Of a stretch of DNA of 64,000 bases, positions 27,050 through 41,322 are shown one piece after another. Location: the NCBI RefSeq assembly GCF_006345805.1, contig NC_043010.1, positions 65,782,001 to 65,846,000 of the forward strand. Direction: 5' to 3'. Under the pieces are notes generated by a model. The model was not told the origin of the DNA. It was given only the letters and a program-made list of their open reading frames with translations, and did no database searches. This stretch comes from Octopus sinensis. Its lineage: Eukaryota. Position numbers and translations under genes: made by a program. Every line of letters starts with the position of its first letter. Positions within the stretch are counted from its first letter, which is position 1.

Positions 27050-27450
27050 AGGAAGATTTTGGGACATTTGGATGATGCAGTGGTCAGCCTGACAAGTATT
27101 GTTTAGAGAGATAAGGCAACATTTAAATTAAATGGTTCAATTAACAGCCACAAATGTATCTACTGGAGATCTGGGAGTTTGCATATTATGGAGGAACATC
27201 ATATTACAGTATGGTGTGGCTTATCATCAAAATAATTAATAGGGGCTTATGTTTTTCTGGTACTGTAATTGGTCCCATTTACTCAAATTTGCTACATCAA
27301 CCTATCGTGCTAAGCATTCAAGAGAAATTTGAAGAAGTGGAGTTTTATTTTCACCAAGATGGGACACCCCCAACACTATCATTGTAATATAAGGCCCTCC
27401 CTTGATGAGATTTTGTCAAACAGGTAGACTAGACGAAGAGGTTCAGTGGG
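27050..27450 (+). mobile_element. Tc1/mariner-superfamily transposase remnant
   Basis: [51 protein letters not shown] motifs with stops/frameshifts. Confidence 0.8.
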
Positions 27451-28653
27451 GAAAAAATGGATAAATGTCCTTCCTAAGTCATATGGGTTCATCATGGCAG
27501 TTTCTTGGTTTCTGTGGTGTATACATTCCCACTGGATGGGATGTTAGTCATTGCAGCAAAGTGAAGTAGAGAAATATGATGTGGCACATAAAGTACCCAT
27601 TACACTCTTGGAGCAGTTGGCACCAGGAAGGGCATCCAGCCATAGAAAACCATGCCATATCAGACTGGAGCCTGGTGTGGTCTTCCAGCATGCCAGCCCA
27701 GTCAAACCATCCAGCCCATGCCAGCATGGACAGCAAACGTTAAATGATGATGATGAGGAGGAGGAGGGGGAGGGGAGGGGAGGGGAGGGGAGGGGAGGGA
27801 GGAGGATGATGGGGGAGGAGGAGGAGGAGGAGGAGGTGTTCTGCTCAAGAACACAATACATTATCTAATTTAAGAATCAAAACTACAATGATGAGTGCAA
27901 CACCCTAAAGACTTCCACACACACACACACACATTGGCTAATTACCTGGATTTTGTGTCATATATGTTTTTCACTCCCCTGGTGGCCCATTGCAGGATAT
28001 TACTCATTTTTGCCATCTGTGTGGACTGGAACAACGTCAAATGAAATGTTTTGCTCAAAAACACTACACATTGCCCAGTCCAGGAATGAACCCACAATCT
28101 TACAGTCTTGAATCCAACAGCCTAACCACAAAACCGTGTGCCTCCATATTCAATAGAATACCTTCTGCATTTACTGAAAATCACACCAATAGATTTTTTT
28201 GTTATGAAGATTCTTAAAAGCTAGAGTTTAAAGTACAAAACCAGCAATAATGGAGAATTTAGGACACCACTGAATGAGAACGCATGTAAATATGAACAAA
28301 ATGGTAAGTTCAAGTAGACAGCATGTCAGTTTCATAATCAAACAGTCAATCTGAGCAATCTGAGTTCAATCTTCACATGGAGCATTTTTTTGTGGTGCAC
28401 CTGAGCACTGTATACAATGATTTCATTATTAATATTTATTTATTATTATGTTTATGCTTGTGATTCTATTGTTTTATGTTATCAGCAGTGCCTGGATCAG
28501 AACATCATCAGCTTCAAAACAGACAGTCATAAAAATTAAATTATACCTGTAGATTCTATTATATTTCGAAAATGAAATATTCTTAAATAAACACTAACTT
28601 TATAATTATTCAAATCATGCATACATTTTTGAGATACATTGTATAGGAGGGTA

Positions 28654-28706
<53 letters not shown>

Positions 28707-29496
28707 TAGAGCAGATATGGCCTATTTAAAAACTAGAGTTAAAATGGTTTAGTAGAGTGACACTTAGGGGAGATCTAAATATCTAACCATTTTTTTTTCT
28801 CTTCCCCTATCCACATTTTACATAGAATTTTACATAGTTTTATCTATCATTTTAGATTTTCCTAAGCAAATTCTGTGGCATTGTTATTTTATTAACTTGC
28901 TTAGTAAAACATGATTTAATTATTTTCGCCAGCTTTTTCCAAGTTTTCGCAGCATTAGGTCATGCTTTTAGAGAAGCAAAAATCAAAGAAATACGCACAG
29001 ATCATGAACAGTTAAAGTTAAGAAATTCTTCTTTCAGCCTCGCTTTCCTCTACCTTCTATCTTTGCACGTATCACCATTATTCTTTCATTATTCTTCGAT
29101 TTCTCTCTTATTATATTGTTCTTTCAGTACTCTCTCATTATATTATTCTTTCTTTCTTTCAGTATTCTCTCATTACTCTGTCTAGCTCAAATATGTTTTT
29201 CGTTTAGTCTTGTCTCCCTGTTGCTCCCGGTTCATAGCCACTTATCTTTCCCCGAAAAATCTCACTTTCTCAGATTTTTCAAACCTACTTTCTTGCTCAC
29301 ACGATTAACAGAACCTCTTCCTAGTTTGTGGACTAGTTAGATTGCCTGACGAACTCAGATTTTACCTTTTTCGCCCCAAGTCTATATTAGTTATCAAATA
29401 ATAATTATTATCGACACTGCCGTCCCCTTTCAACTATGCTAGTCAAAGTTCCTCACACCGCTTCCTCCCACGTGTTCCTTGATCACCTCTCTCCCC

Positions 29497-30250
29497 CACC
29501 TGTGGAAGAGGCAGACCCAGGAAAACCTGGGACGAGGTGGTGAAGCACGACATTCGAACTTTAGGTCTCACTGAGGAAATGACTAGAGACTGAGACCTCT
29601 GGAAGTATGCTGTGCGTGAGAAGACCCGGCAGGACAAGTGAGACCATAACCCGTGACCTTCTACATGGGATGTAGCCAGCCCACTTATGCATACCTTCCC
29701 TTCTTGGGACACAAAACTCTACTTGTGAAGACCTGTTGAGGCAAGTGAGAATCAGAATCAGAATCGAAATCGATCAATGGAAATTGCAGCTGAGTTACCA
29801 GTGCCGGTGGCACATAAGAGAACCATCCGAACGTGGCCATTGCCAGCGCCGCCCCGACTGGTCTCGTGCCAGTGGCACGTAAAAAGCACCATCCGTTTGT
29901 GGCCGTTGCCAGCCTCGCCTGGCCCCTGTACCAGTTGCACATAAAAAGCACCATCCGATCGTGGCTGTTTGCCAGACTCGTCTGGCACCTGTGCCGGTGG
30001 CATGTAAAAAGCACCAATCTGATCGTGGCCGTTTGCCAGACTCGTCTGGCACCTGTGCCGGTGGCATGTAAAAAGCACCCACTACACTCATGGAGTGGTT
30101 GGCGTTAGGAAGGGCATCCAGCCGTAGAAACATTGCAAGATCAAACTGGGCCTGGTGCAGCCTTCTGGCTTCCCAGACCCCAGCTGAACCGTCCAACCCA
30201 TGCTAACATGGAAAGCGGACGCTAAACGAGGATGATGATGATGATGATGA
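29497..30250 (+). mobile_element. RTE LINE 3' end with long internally repetitive 3'UTR and (GAT)n tail
   Basis: CGRGRPRKTWDEVVKHDIRTLGLTEEMTRD*DLWKYAV then UTR ending ggacgctaaacg(atg)n; shorter copies of this UTR at ~10245-10487, 14680-14810, 18565-18657, 27590-27755, 37530-38175, 43085-43380, 44520-44870, 46965-47385, 57290-58250, 62040-62162. Confidence 0.88.
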
Positions 30251-30367
30251 TATATATATATATATATATCCAAACATGAAAACACAAAGAGAAAACACAA
30301 CAACGCGAGGACGTGGAACAAGTATAGTGTTATTGGACGCTCAGGAAAGGAAAGAAAGGAGGAAGAT

Positions 30368-30400
30368 TTTAATGTTTCGAGCGGAGCACTTCACCAGAAA
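30368..30400 (-). ncRNA. Degenerate minimal hammerhead motif in short TA-flanked repeat (30270-30480)
   Basis: Minus strand ttt-CTGGTGA-a-GTGC-tcc-GCTC-GAAA-CA-TT-aaa; three substitutions from a canonical CTGATGA/GAGC/GAAACGT motif. Confidence 0.45.
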
Positions 30401-30492
30401 CATAGAAAAAGGAAAGGTCCAAGGAAGGGAAGACAGAGGGAAAAAAGTCACCAACGGTACACACGCGGCCACATTTTGAAATATATATATAC

Positions 30493-30533
<41 letters not shown>

Positions 30534-30899
30534 CACACTACATACAATGCATGTGTATATATATTATACACATACATACATAGTGTGTGCGTGCGTGTGT
30601 GTTTGTGTGTGTGCGTGCATGCGTGCGTGCGTGTGTGTGTGTGTGTGTGTGGTTAGGTATATATCTGTATCATCTGAATTTCTGCGAAGAATGTAAGTTT
30701 CAACGAGAGAAAATTGAAAACCTGTTACTTTCGAAAACAATATCTTGCATGCTAAGAGGTCGACTGTGCCTTTCAAGTACCAGTTATGCACTGGTGTCGA
30801 TGTTATCGACTTAATCCCTTTGTCTGTCCTTGTTTGTCCCCTCTATGTTCAGCCCCCTGTCGGCAATAAAGAAATAAATATCTTGCATGCTAATTGTTC

Positions 30900-31267
30900 T
30901 GGATCGATTTACCGAAACTCCCTTATCCTTCTCATCGCCATAAATGCAATGAGCAAGTGATGACTCGTCGGAAAACTATGAGTTAACGACGCTATTCCTC
31001 ATCATTTTCCCTAGCAACACAATGAAATAAAAAAAATGCAAAACAAGAAAAACATCTTTCCTTTATTTTTAATGTAAGAAAAACTAGTAAAAAAATACAA
31101 TAAAAAAAAGGAAACAGCTAAGTAAGAGTAGATAACTCTCATACACTAAGGACAGATAACTCATAGTAGTAAGCAACCGAGGAGACACGGTGTCAGAGTC
31201 TGGAATTGGGAGCAAATCGGCACCGGAGATACCAATAATAATAACAGTCATCAGTCAAACAACGACA
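30900..31267 (+). promoter_or_regulatory. Likely TEX261 promoter / 5'UTR region
   Basis: Repeat-free stretch with more CpG than its surroundings, directly upstream of the start ATG; TSS not determinable. Confidence 0.45.
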
Positions 31268-31337
31268 ATGTGGTTTATATACTTTTTAAGCTGGCTTGGT
31301 CTTTTGTTACAGATCTGTTTCATTTCCTTATCAGTTG
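31268..31337 (+). CDS. TEX261: TEX261 (Svp26-family ER-Golgi membrane protein) coding exon 1, MWFIYFLSWLGLLLQICFISLSV
   Basis: ATG at 31268; translation matches the TEX261 N-terminus pattern ([33 protein letters not shown]); donor G|gtcagt at 31338, phase 1. Confidence 0.93.
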
Positions 31338-32105
31338 GTCAGTATATATATCTTTCATTTATTATATTTTCTCTTCGTCGATTTCTTTTTTTTTTTTGCT
31401 GTTGCGTAAGTTGAAAGACGGATTCGGTGCGAAGCATTTGAGATGCGAAAACATCATTCTTGAGGCTCTAAGCTCCATTATTTCCCCCCCAATTCTTATT
31501 AAATATTCTAAAATCAGTGTTTTCTATATCGCTTTCTCTCTCCATTACATACGATTCGTATAAAAGTATTAACTTAACTACGAAATAAAAGAGAAAAAAT
31601 TAAGTGATTCGTCTTGAAGAAGATTCTTACCATCTTTGGTTCTCAATGATGCTGACCTCAGCTAAATTAAAACACTGACACGTTAACATAACCAAATTAA
31701 TACATTACTCATATACATTTAAAGAGATAAAACGAATTCTATAATTAGAAGAACAAACCTGACTCCGTAACTTCTATTGTTTTTTATTTGTGGATTTCTG
31801 ACATTACACTCTTCACCAAAATAAATCAGTTACAGAAGTCTGCTTCTAATTATCTCTGCTATCTGAATATATTTATATTCTGTTCAGTATATACATATAT
31901 ATATATATTATATATATAATATAATATATGTATATATATATATATATATAATGTGTGTTATTATATATATATATATATATATTATATATGTATGTGTAAT
32001 ATATGTATATTATATAATATGTATGTGTATATATATATATATGTTGTGTATATATATATATATATGTATGTGTATATATATGTATATATATATATGTATG
32101 TGTAT

Positions 32106-32148
<43 letters not shown>

Positions 32149-32243
32149 AACTTGTGAGTGGAATTTAATGAAAGGAATCTGTGCAGGGACCCGTCTTTGT
32201 GTTCGTGTATATGTGTTATGCCCTATATATATATATATATATA

Positions 32244-32411
32244 CTGTTGTACCTGGGGAGGGTCATTCTTTTTTAGTGCCTTATATTTTAACACACTCGC
32301 CGGTAAAATTTCCACTCTACTCATTTCCTTCTTTATTTTTCTAAAATTTTACCGGTGAGTGTGTTAAATAATAAGGCACTAAAAGAGAATGACTCTCCCC
32401 AGACACAACAG
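32244..32411. repeat. Inverted repeat (~67-bp arms) in TEX261 intron 1
   Basis: ctggggagggtcattc...cggtaaaatt / aattttaccgg...gaatgactctccccag; one arm also at 61684-61790. Confidence 0.8.
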
Positions 32412-35400
32412 AATATGCTTCAACACACGAATTCACATAAAGAATCTCGCAAACCAAATCCAAAAACGAAATATATATATATATAAAACAAAAATTGGAA
32501 AAAAGAAGCAGACTGCAAGTTGTAGAGTATTATATAATCTAAATAAAGTTAGGTAAGGCCGGTTTATCCCATAACTATATATATGAAAAAACGTACACGT
32601 AGGACAGTGTGTGTGTGTGTTCATTTCTGTACTTGTTTACACCAGGCTAAAGATCAGTGGTGGATGTTGTTTATGATGTGTCCTCCATGTCTCGTAACGT
32701 AGCGCTTCGAAAAACAGAATCGTTAAAATGATGTGTCAGACAGAGTTGTGTATGATCCACAAAAGGAAACAAAAACAAAAAAACAATACCCTTCTCCTTT
32801 CTCCTTCCGCAAAACCCCTCGAACTGAGGGAGAAGACTGACAAAGGGGTCGGGGGATCGAATGAAATACTCTCTCTCTCTTTTACTCTTTTACTTGTTTC
32901 AGTCATTTGACTGCGGCCATGCTGGAGCACCACCTTTTAGTACTTATTCTATCGGTCTCTTTTTGCCGAACCGCTAAGTAACGGGGACATAAACACACCA
33001 TCATCGGTTGTCAAGCAATGCTAGGGAGACAAACACTGACACACACACACACATATAAATGACAAGATTAATTAAAAAATTTTATGATGATATTTAATAA
33101 ACCGATGATAATGATGGGGGTGCGAGACGAGTGTGACCCCACAAACCACGTTCCCCCACTGATCCCTTTATGAGACCTTTGTGTTCTCCCTTAAGCCGGT
33201 TCATTCACTCTCAACAGGCCAATTTATTCCGTCTTTTCTCGTTTATACTGATTGGCAAGCGTTTCCTCTCCAGCCTTATTTTTTTCTTTTGACTGTTCCA
33301 GTATGACCGCAACGCGAAGACAAACCACTAAAAACATGTCTGTACCATTGTGTGTGTGTGGTACAGTTGACTATAAAGCGTAAAATATAGACGTCTCTAT
33401 GACGTAAACAATAGAAATGAGAAAAACTGTGTTGGTTTACGTCGACAATCAGTGAATATAAACAAACATTTTGGACAGAACCCTTCGTCACCGGCGTCAA
33501 AGGTTTCTTATGTTCCTCTGCTGTTTCCTTTTTGGTGCAGGGACAAGATGCTTAACCGCTGTTGTGCTCACTTTTGGGCCATCATAATATTGTGAATGCA
33601 GTGAGTCATGCTATGAAACCTAAAAAACCCTCGTAACGCACCATCGAATCTTTTAACACGAGAGATATGTCATTATTAAGCAAGCTTGTATACACACACA
33701 CTCACGCACACCTGCACAGTGAATTGCTGCTATAGTTTAGGCCCCATGTCAGTCCTGATCGAGTAAACCTGTGATCAAAACCATTCCGGCCTTGACCTTC
33801 CTGTCTTTTTGAGCACGTCGCCCAACACGTACTGGAATGATTTGAGGGGCATTTGACTATTATTCTTTGTAAGTCAGACGATTATTTAAAGGCTTCCTTG
33901 TCGGCTTAAATCAAGACATGTGGAAAGGTGCCGTATTTCAAACCCTTCCTGTTTAATAGCACATGGGGGAATCCGACTTGAAACATGTGCTAAGAATGAT
34001 CGTGGTGTTACATGATATAACGTGTGGTTTCTTTCTCTGTGAGTGTGTGTGTGTATGAGAGAGAGAGAGAGAAGGTACTTCATTTCAGGTATTTACGTGG
34101 GACAGTAATTCAACCTCAGTCAAATTTCCTCTCTTTCCCCTCCCCTCGGGAGATAGACGACAAAGTTCAACATGGCAACGTCTGAACTTAAAGACGTGAA
34201 GTACTAAACTTTGGACACCGTAATATGGCTCTGCAAAATCTGCACCTTCTCCACCACCACCACCATATAAGGGGAAACTCTTCATGGACGTCTGCCTCCT
34301 AGAAATAGCAGCCAAATCATGCTTTTCTACTGTGTTTCCCAAACTTTTCACTATCAAGTACCAGTTGCATTTAAATACATTTTCCCCATTGATCTCAGAT
34401 TATTGAAAGGTCTGTCTACTCAACAAATTGTGAACTCAGCTCACAGACCATCAGTACTTTCTTTGTAGACCCTTGGTTGGGGGCTGCTGCTCTCTGCTAT
34501 CTTAAATAAGGACACATTAGACAATATACTTCCTGATGTACAAAAGAGATGGGACAATCTAAGCAGCCAGTGATCATACTCCATAGGACTGACCTAGGGC
34601 TAAATAATAGCAACAACTACAACACATACACAGGGAATGTGTGTGTGCATACCATATTTGATGGTAAAAAGATGCACAGACATGATTGACACCCTCCATT
34701 TTCAGGAATAATGGTTCCAGTGCATCAAAGCATGTAATAAGTAAAGCAATCTAGCAGTACTTTACAAAGCGTTATAGCACAAATAATAATAATAATAATC
34801 ATTATAGAATCAAGTAGAAGAGACTATCCTATGGTAGTGAGCATTCTGAGTTCAAATCTTGCCTGGTCATCTTTTTCAGGGTCAGTAAAATAAAGTATCA
34901 GACAAGTACTTAGTCAACGTGATCCAATTATCTTATCTGCCTAAAACTGCTGGCCTTGTGCCAAATTTTTGAAAACAAAATTACTAATTATTGTTATTAT
35001 TTTTAAGGCGTTGAGCTGGCAGAATCATTAGCACGTCACACCAAATGCTCAGCATTCTGAGTTCAAATCCTACCGTGGTCCACTTTGCCTTCCATCCTTT
35101 CATCTTTTCAGGGTCAATGAAATATAGTACCAGTTGAATACTGGGGTTGACAAAAGTTTCAGAGCTTGTACCTATTATAGAAAAAAATCATCATCATCAT
35201 TCTTGCAAGGCGCGTCAGGTAAAATGCTTTGTGGCATTTTATCCATCTTTATGTTCTGAGTTCAAATCCCTCCAAGGTTGACTTTGCCTTTCATTTCTTT
35301 GGAGTCAACATAATAAACATACTAGTTGTGCACTGGTGGGGGTGGGGCAATGTAATCAACTATCCGCCTCTGCTAAGATTTCAGGCTTTGTGCCTAGAGT

Positions 35401-35493
35401 TAAAAGTATTATCATTATTATTATTATCATCATCATCATTATTATTATACTCTTGTATTTTTCTCCATCACAACATATGAATGAGAAAAGAAG

Positions 35494-35725
35494 AGCGGCG
35501 AGCTGGCAGAACCGTTAGCACGCCGGGCGAAATGCGTGGCTGTATTTCGTCTGCCTTTACGTTCTGAGTTCAAATTCCACCGAGGTCGACTTTGCCTTTC
35601 ATCCTTTCGGGGTCGATAAATTAAGTACCAGTTACACACTGGGGGTCGATGTAATCGACTTAATCCATTTGTCTGTCCTTGTTTGTCCCCTCTATGTTTA
35701 GCCCCTTGTGGGTAATAAAGAAACA
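35494..35725 (+). mobile_element. SINE family A, full-length copy
   Basis: Near-identical to 357-570 and 59761-59993. Confidence 0.88.
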
Positions 35726-36093
35726 GATGGCAAACTGGTAGTGGGAGTGTTTCAACTCTGTGTGTGTATGTAAAAGGGAAGTATGTGAACGTTTGTATGT
35801 GTGAACCAGCGTTCTTTCAGAGTGTCAGTGTGGTAAGTAGCTTGCTTACGAACCTCATGGTTTGAGGTTCAGTCCCACTGCGTAGCACCTTGAGCAAGTG
35901 TCTTCTACTATATCCTCGGGCCAACCAAAGCCTTGTGAGTGGATTTGGTAGATGGAAACTGAAAGAAGCCCATCGTATATATGTATGTGTGTGTATACGT
36001 TTGTGTGTGTCCCCCGATATCAATTGACAGCCGATGCTGGTGTGTTTACATTCCCGTAACTTAGCAGTTTGGCAAAAGAGACCGATAGAATAA

Positions 36094-36396
<303 letters not shown>

Positions 36397-37004
36397 TAAT
36401 TAATCTATTATTGTTTCTTTTCACCACTGTTGGTAGTGATGGTGGTGGTGGTGGTGTTGTTATTGTTGTTCCAGATATCAGCTCTGGTTGAGCACTCATG
36501 TTGTTTTTGATGATCAGCCCTGATCTGTTGGATCTATAGTCAAAGACATTCCATTTGTGACTGTCACACTTTTTTTCCAAACCATGGCTACATTATTCTC
36601 TTCTTTTCAAAAAGGGCAAGGTGTGATCTGAGGAGAATTTGGCTGCTATTTCTGGCATGTTAAATGACCATGTAGAGGCTGCCTTGTAGATCATTGTGGT
36701 AAACTTTGTCAGAGACACCATTTGCATGGTAAAACAATCCTTAAGTTAGTGTTAACAAATTTGATGTAGCAAGCATAAAAATTTCTAATGTCAAATACAA
36801 CATTTGCCCAATGACTAATATTATTTCAATTCTTTTTGGAAGAAAAGAGATAACTCTGTACATGCTTCAGCTTTATTAAACCTCCTTAGACAAAACATTT
36901 TCTTCACTATACTTCCTGAAGTAGTGCTGAGAGAATCACTAAGCAACATGTAGATATGAAATATTAATTTAGAGTTTTAGGGCATTTGATTAATATTTGC
37001 TGTT

Positions 37005-37230
37005 ATTGTTTAACCCCAGGCCAACCCTAATCTAGCATGTATATGATCAAAGACTTTCCAGCTGTGACTATCCCTTCTTATTCTCATTTCCAGAGATTGT
37101 ATTCTAGAATTCCATTATCTAATCATCCAGTGTGCTCTTCCATTTTTTTAAAGATGACAAAGTGTTATTTGAGGGAGATCCCAGTTCCTATATCTAGCAA
37201 ATGAAGCACTTACATAGAGTCTTCCTTATT
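37005..37230. repeat. Old dispersed repeat family (SINE-like)
   Basis: gtttaaccccagg...gatcaaag..ttccagc.gtgacc...gagggagatttggctgctatttctagca recurs at ~7125-7340, 33730-33900, 34490-34620, 36500-36690, 49530-49790. Confidence 0.65.
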
Positions 37231-38729
37231 AGATTGTGGACTCTCAGTTATCTGTTCTTTGTCTTCTACAGCATCTTCATCTTCTGTTTCCATAAATGGA
37301 AGTCCACAACTTAAGAGATGTCCTGGACCCAACACTGACCAATCAGCTTCTTCCATTCACCCCTTTTTTTTCCCACATTTTTATTATTATGGTTATTATG
37401 CCTTCAGAGCACCCTCCTCCACTGTTTATTCAGTCACTTAGATAACAAAAGCTTTCAACTATTTCTTAGGAGCCTCGTGAGCATATAGGAAAAAAATTTA
37501 TGAATAATTTTTTGGCTAGTATTAATATGACGGTGCCATAGAAAGGTACCCATATCAGTGCCACATAAAAACACCTGTGCCGGTGCCACATAAAAGCACC
37601 CTGTACATTCTGTAAAGTGGTTGATGTTAGGAAGGATGTCCTGCTGTAGAATCAATATCAAAACAGACAAATGGAGGCCAGGCAGCTCTCCAGCTGGTCA
37701 CCTCCTGTCAAATAGTCCAACCCATGTCAGCAAGAAGGAGGAGGAGGAGGATGTATAAAATGAGGGGCATAAAGGGGAATAACTTAAATGAACCAATGAC
37801 ATAAATTTCCTCTATCAATCAACATCAATGGAAATTGTAGCTGTGATACCAGTGCCAGTGGCACGTAAGAGAACCATCTGAACGTGGCCGTTGCCAGCGC
37901 CACCCCGGCTGGCCTCCGTGCCGGTGGCACGTAAAAAAGCACCATTCGATCGTGGCCGTTTGCCAGCCTCGTCTGGCACCTGTGCAGGTGGCACGTAAAA
38001 AGCACCCACTACACTCACGGAGTGGTTGGCATTAGGAAGGGCATCCAGCTGTAGAAACACTGCCAGATCAGACTGGGTCTGGTGCAGCCTTCTGGCTTCC
38101 CAGACCCCAGTTGAACCGTCAAACCCATGCTAGCATGGAAAACGGACGTTAAACGATGAGGATGATGATGATGACTCTATGATTGTCTCCCGCTCCCCTT
38201 CTCTGCCTTACTGTATCGCTGCTTTCCGCCACCCTGTCTTTACACCCAGGTTTGCACCAGTCACTGCAATCCCCACTCCCTACTCCTGGGTATACAACCT
38301 GTCACAGATATGTGTATTACCTTACTTAAAGACGATGTTACCTTTAAAATGCAGTTATTTACTATCTTCTGGTAGATAAAAATTTCTCATAGAATGATTA
38401 AACCTTGGTGAATATTGTGACAACACAAAGCATCACAGCTACAATTATGAGTTTCGTATCCCATTCATTATTCTCTCAACCGCTGGCAGAAACGTTAGCA
38501 CACCGGGCGAATGTGTATCCGTATTTCGTCTGTCATTACGTTGTGAGTTCAAATTCCGCCAAGGTCGACTTTGCCTTTCATCCTTTCGGGGTTGATAAAT
38601 AAAGTACCAGTTACACAATGGGGGTCGATGTAATCGACATAATCCCTTTATCTGTCCTTGTTTGTCCCCTCTATGTTTAGCTCCTTGTGGGCAATAAAGA
38701 AATAAATATAAACACACACACACACACAG

Positions 38730-38950
38730 TGGTATTCCCCTAACAATTTTGAGAATGCAGTAAAAGAGGAGGGAATTGTGAAATCATTTTTTAAAAATGT
38801 TGCCTTAGTGATACCATTGATGGTGTGTGGAACAAGTTATTGTTAGAAGAAAATATTAATGGTTTGCATTATATTGCAGAGAATTCCAGTAATATGAATA
38901 CCAGCAAAGAGGATAACTGTTCTGGCTTTCAGGATGCTGGTTTACTTTGT
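38730..38950 (+). mobile_element. Old pogo-like transposase C-terminal remnant
   Basis: NAVKEEGIVKSF/KCCLSDTIDG resembles the pogo IVKSFKKCGISNALDG motif; frameshifted. Confidence 0.45.
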
Positions 38951-39769
38951 TTCAAAAATAGGGATTAAATACACTTACATGTTATTTTTATAGTTATCAC
39001 ACTTTGTCATTAATTTTATAGCCTACCCATTGAAGTAGCTATTGCTATTAAAATGGCTGAACATTTTTTGTTGTTGTTGCTCACAGGGAAACAGTATTAA
39101 TTAAATATTTTGCTTTGTCTGCATATACTGTATCTGTAGGAATTCTGTCACATTTATTCTACTTAGCTGCTTACTTAACTCTTTTACTCTATTACTTGTT
39201 TCAGTCATTTGACTGTGGCCATGCTGGAGCACCGCCTTTAGTCGAGTAAATCGACCCCAGGACTTATTCTTTGTAAGCCTAGTACTTATTCTATCGGTCT
39301 TTTTTGCCGAACCGCTAAGTTACAGGGACGTAAACACACCAGCATCGGTTGTCAAGTGATGTTGGGGATACCCGTATTTCAAAGGGCCAGCCTTGTCACA
39401 CTGAATCTCCCCGAGAACTACATTAATGGTACACATGTTTGTGGAGTGCTCAACCACTTGTCCGTTAAATTCACGATCAGGCTGTTCCATTGATCAGATC
39501 AACTGGAACCCTCGTCGACACAGCCAACAGAGTGCCACACAGTATATAATTACTGGATGTTATTTCATGCTTGATTCCTATATATATTGTATTTATTATC
39601 TCAAAATCATGCTTCTCCTCTAAAACTACTTCAGTCCTTTGTTAACAAAAGTGGTCTTTGAGTGGTTTCTGTTGATAAACTTTGCCTCTGTTTCAATTGA
39701 TACCCAAAATAATGAAGAATTTAGTAAAATAACTTGGTCGTTCTTAAGCTGATGTTTAGAAAATAAAAA

Positions 39770-39974
39770 CCCTTTCGTTACCATATTTATTTTGTAATGC
39801 TCTGTGTTTCTTTCAATTACTTTAAATATAACAAAGAATTTAGTAAAATAACTTAGTTATCATTCAGCGAGTGTTAGGAACATAAATTGTGACTAAGGTT
39901 TGGTGGAGGAATGAAAACAAGACATTTGTACTACAGAGCCAGAGCCAGTTTCAGCCGGGTTGGTAACGAAAGGG
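39770..39974. mobile_element. piggyBac-like MITE monomer nested in an older related copy
   Basis: Perfect TIR ccctttcgttacca/tggtaacgaaaggg, right TTAA. Confidence 0.8.
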
Positions 39975-41100
39975 TTAACATGAAATTTTGATAGGAAAGT
40001 TTTAAATTAAGTTAAAATTGTAAGTTTTATATCACAGAACCAGAGTAAATTTCAGGCAGGTTGGTATAAAAATGGTGAAAATACCTTTCACTAAATGCCT
40101 GATTAAACATAAGAAAATGTTCTCTTCCCCACAAAGAATCCTTGTAAGTCTGGTGGTGGACGTTGTATGTGAAGTATTGTCTTATATGCTGGTAATTGAA
40201 ATTTCTCTTTTGGATCAAGGAAAAACCTAGTGGTGGTTGTTAGCAACTCTCAAAGAAAAAGGGAGGCAATTTCATATTTTTGAGAAATTAAACTCTTAGC
40301 TATCAACTGTTCTCTGCCCGTCTGTAGAGCTTATTGAAACAACCACCGCTATATATATACATTATCAGGCAAGATAGTGAGGGGCTCTCTACATAGCTAC
40401 TCTGCATGCTAGAAATAGAAGTCACATCTTTCAAATCACATCCTACCATGGTATATTTCTTTTAAAAGAAAAAAACAGAAAGATCATATTGGATAAAGTA
40501 ATCTAAACGATGGGATGGTGAGGAGTGGAACACCTTTTCATCATAAGTCTACTCAGTGAGAGTAAACCCAGGGTTTTATAACAACCAATAACAACAACAA
40601 CATACATTTTCAGGGTTTTTAGTGGACAATCGCTGTCCTTTTCATACTCAGACTCAATTCCAGGATTTGTAACATTGGTTTCAAATTTTGCCACAAGGCC
40701 AGCAGTTTCGGGCGAGAGGGTAAGTCGATTACATTGACCCTCGTGCTCAACTGGTACTTATTTCATCATCCCCAGAAAGACAAAAGGTAAAGTTGACCTC
40801 GAGAGAAATTGAACTCAAGATGGACGAAATGCCGCTAAGCATTTTGCCTGGTGTGCCGACAATTCTGTCGACTTACCCCCTTCAACATTTACAACATATT
40901 GGTTTCAGATTTTGGCACAAGGCCAGCAATTTCAGGGCAAGGGCTAAGTTGATTACGTCGACCCCAGTACTCAACTGGTCCTTATTTTATCAACCCCCAA
41001 AAGGACGAAAAGCAGAATTTGAACTCAGAATGTAAAAACAGACGAAATACCTCTAAGCATTCTGCCAGCTAACCACCTTCAACATTTGTAACATATTAAC

Positions 41101-41322
41101 CAGGGCTGTGGAGTCGAAACAAAAAACTTCATCTCTGACTCTGACTCCTCTATTATCAGTACCTCCAACTCCTTTATTATCAGTACCTCCGACTCCTCTA
41201 TTATCAGTACCTCCGACCCCTCTATGTAATTGTGGTCTATTTTACCATATTCTAATTCCCCCTTAATTCTTTGCGACTCTGACTTCCCCTTAATGCTTTG
41301 TGATTCTGACTCCACAGCTATG
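41101..41322. mobile_element. hAT-type MITE with internal 24-bp tandem repeats
   Basis: TIRs cagggctgtggagtc/gactccacagctatg; internal ctccgactcctctattatcagtac x3+. Confidence 0.7.

Noticed and set aside
29346-29352. Isolated CTGACGA (also CTGATGA at 8774, 13108-, 28505-, 31249-)
   Set aside because: No correctly placed stem II/GAAA/UH; chance matches
40110-40228. Minus-strand protein-like frame FFLDPKEKFQLPAYKTILHIQRPPPDLQG
   Set aside because: No recognisable homology or good splice sites; inside a TEX261 intron
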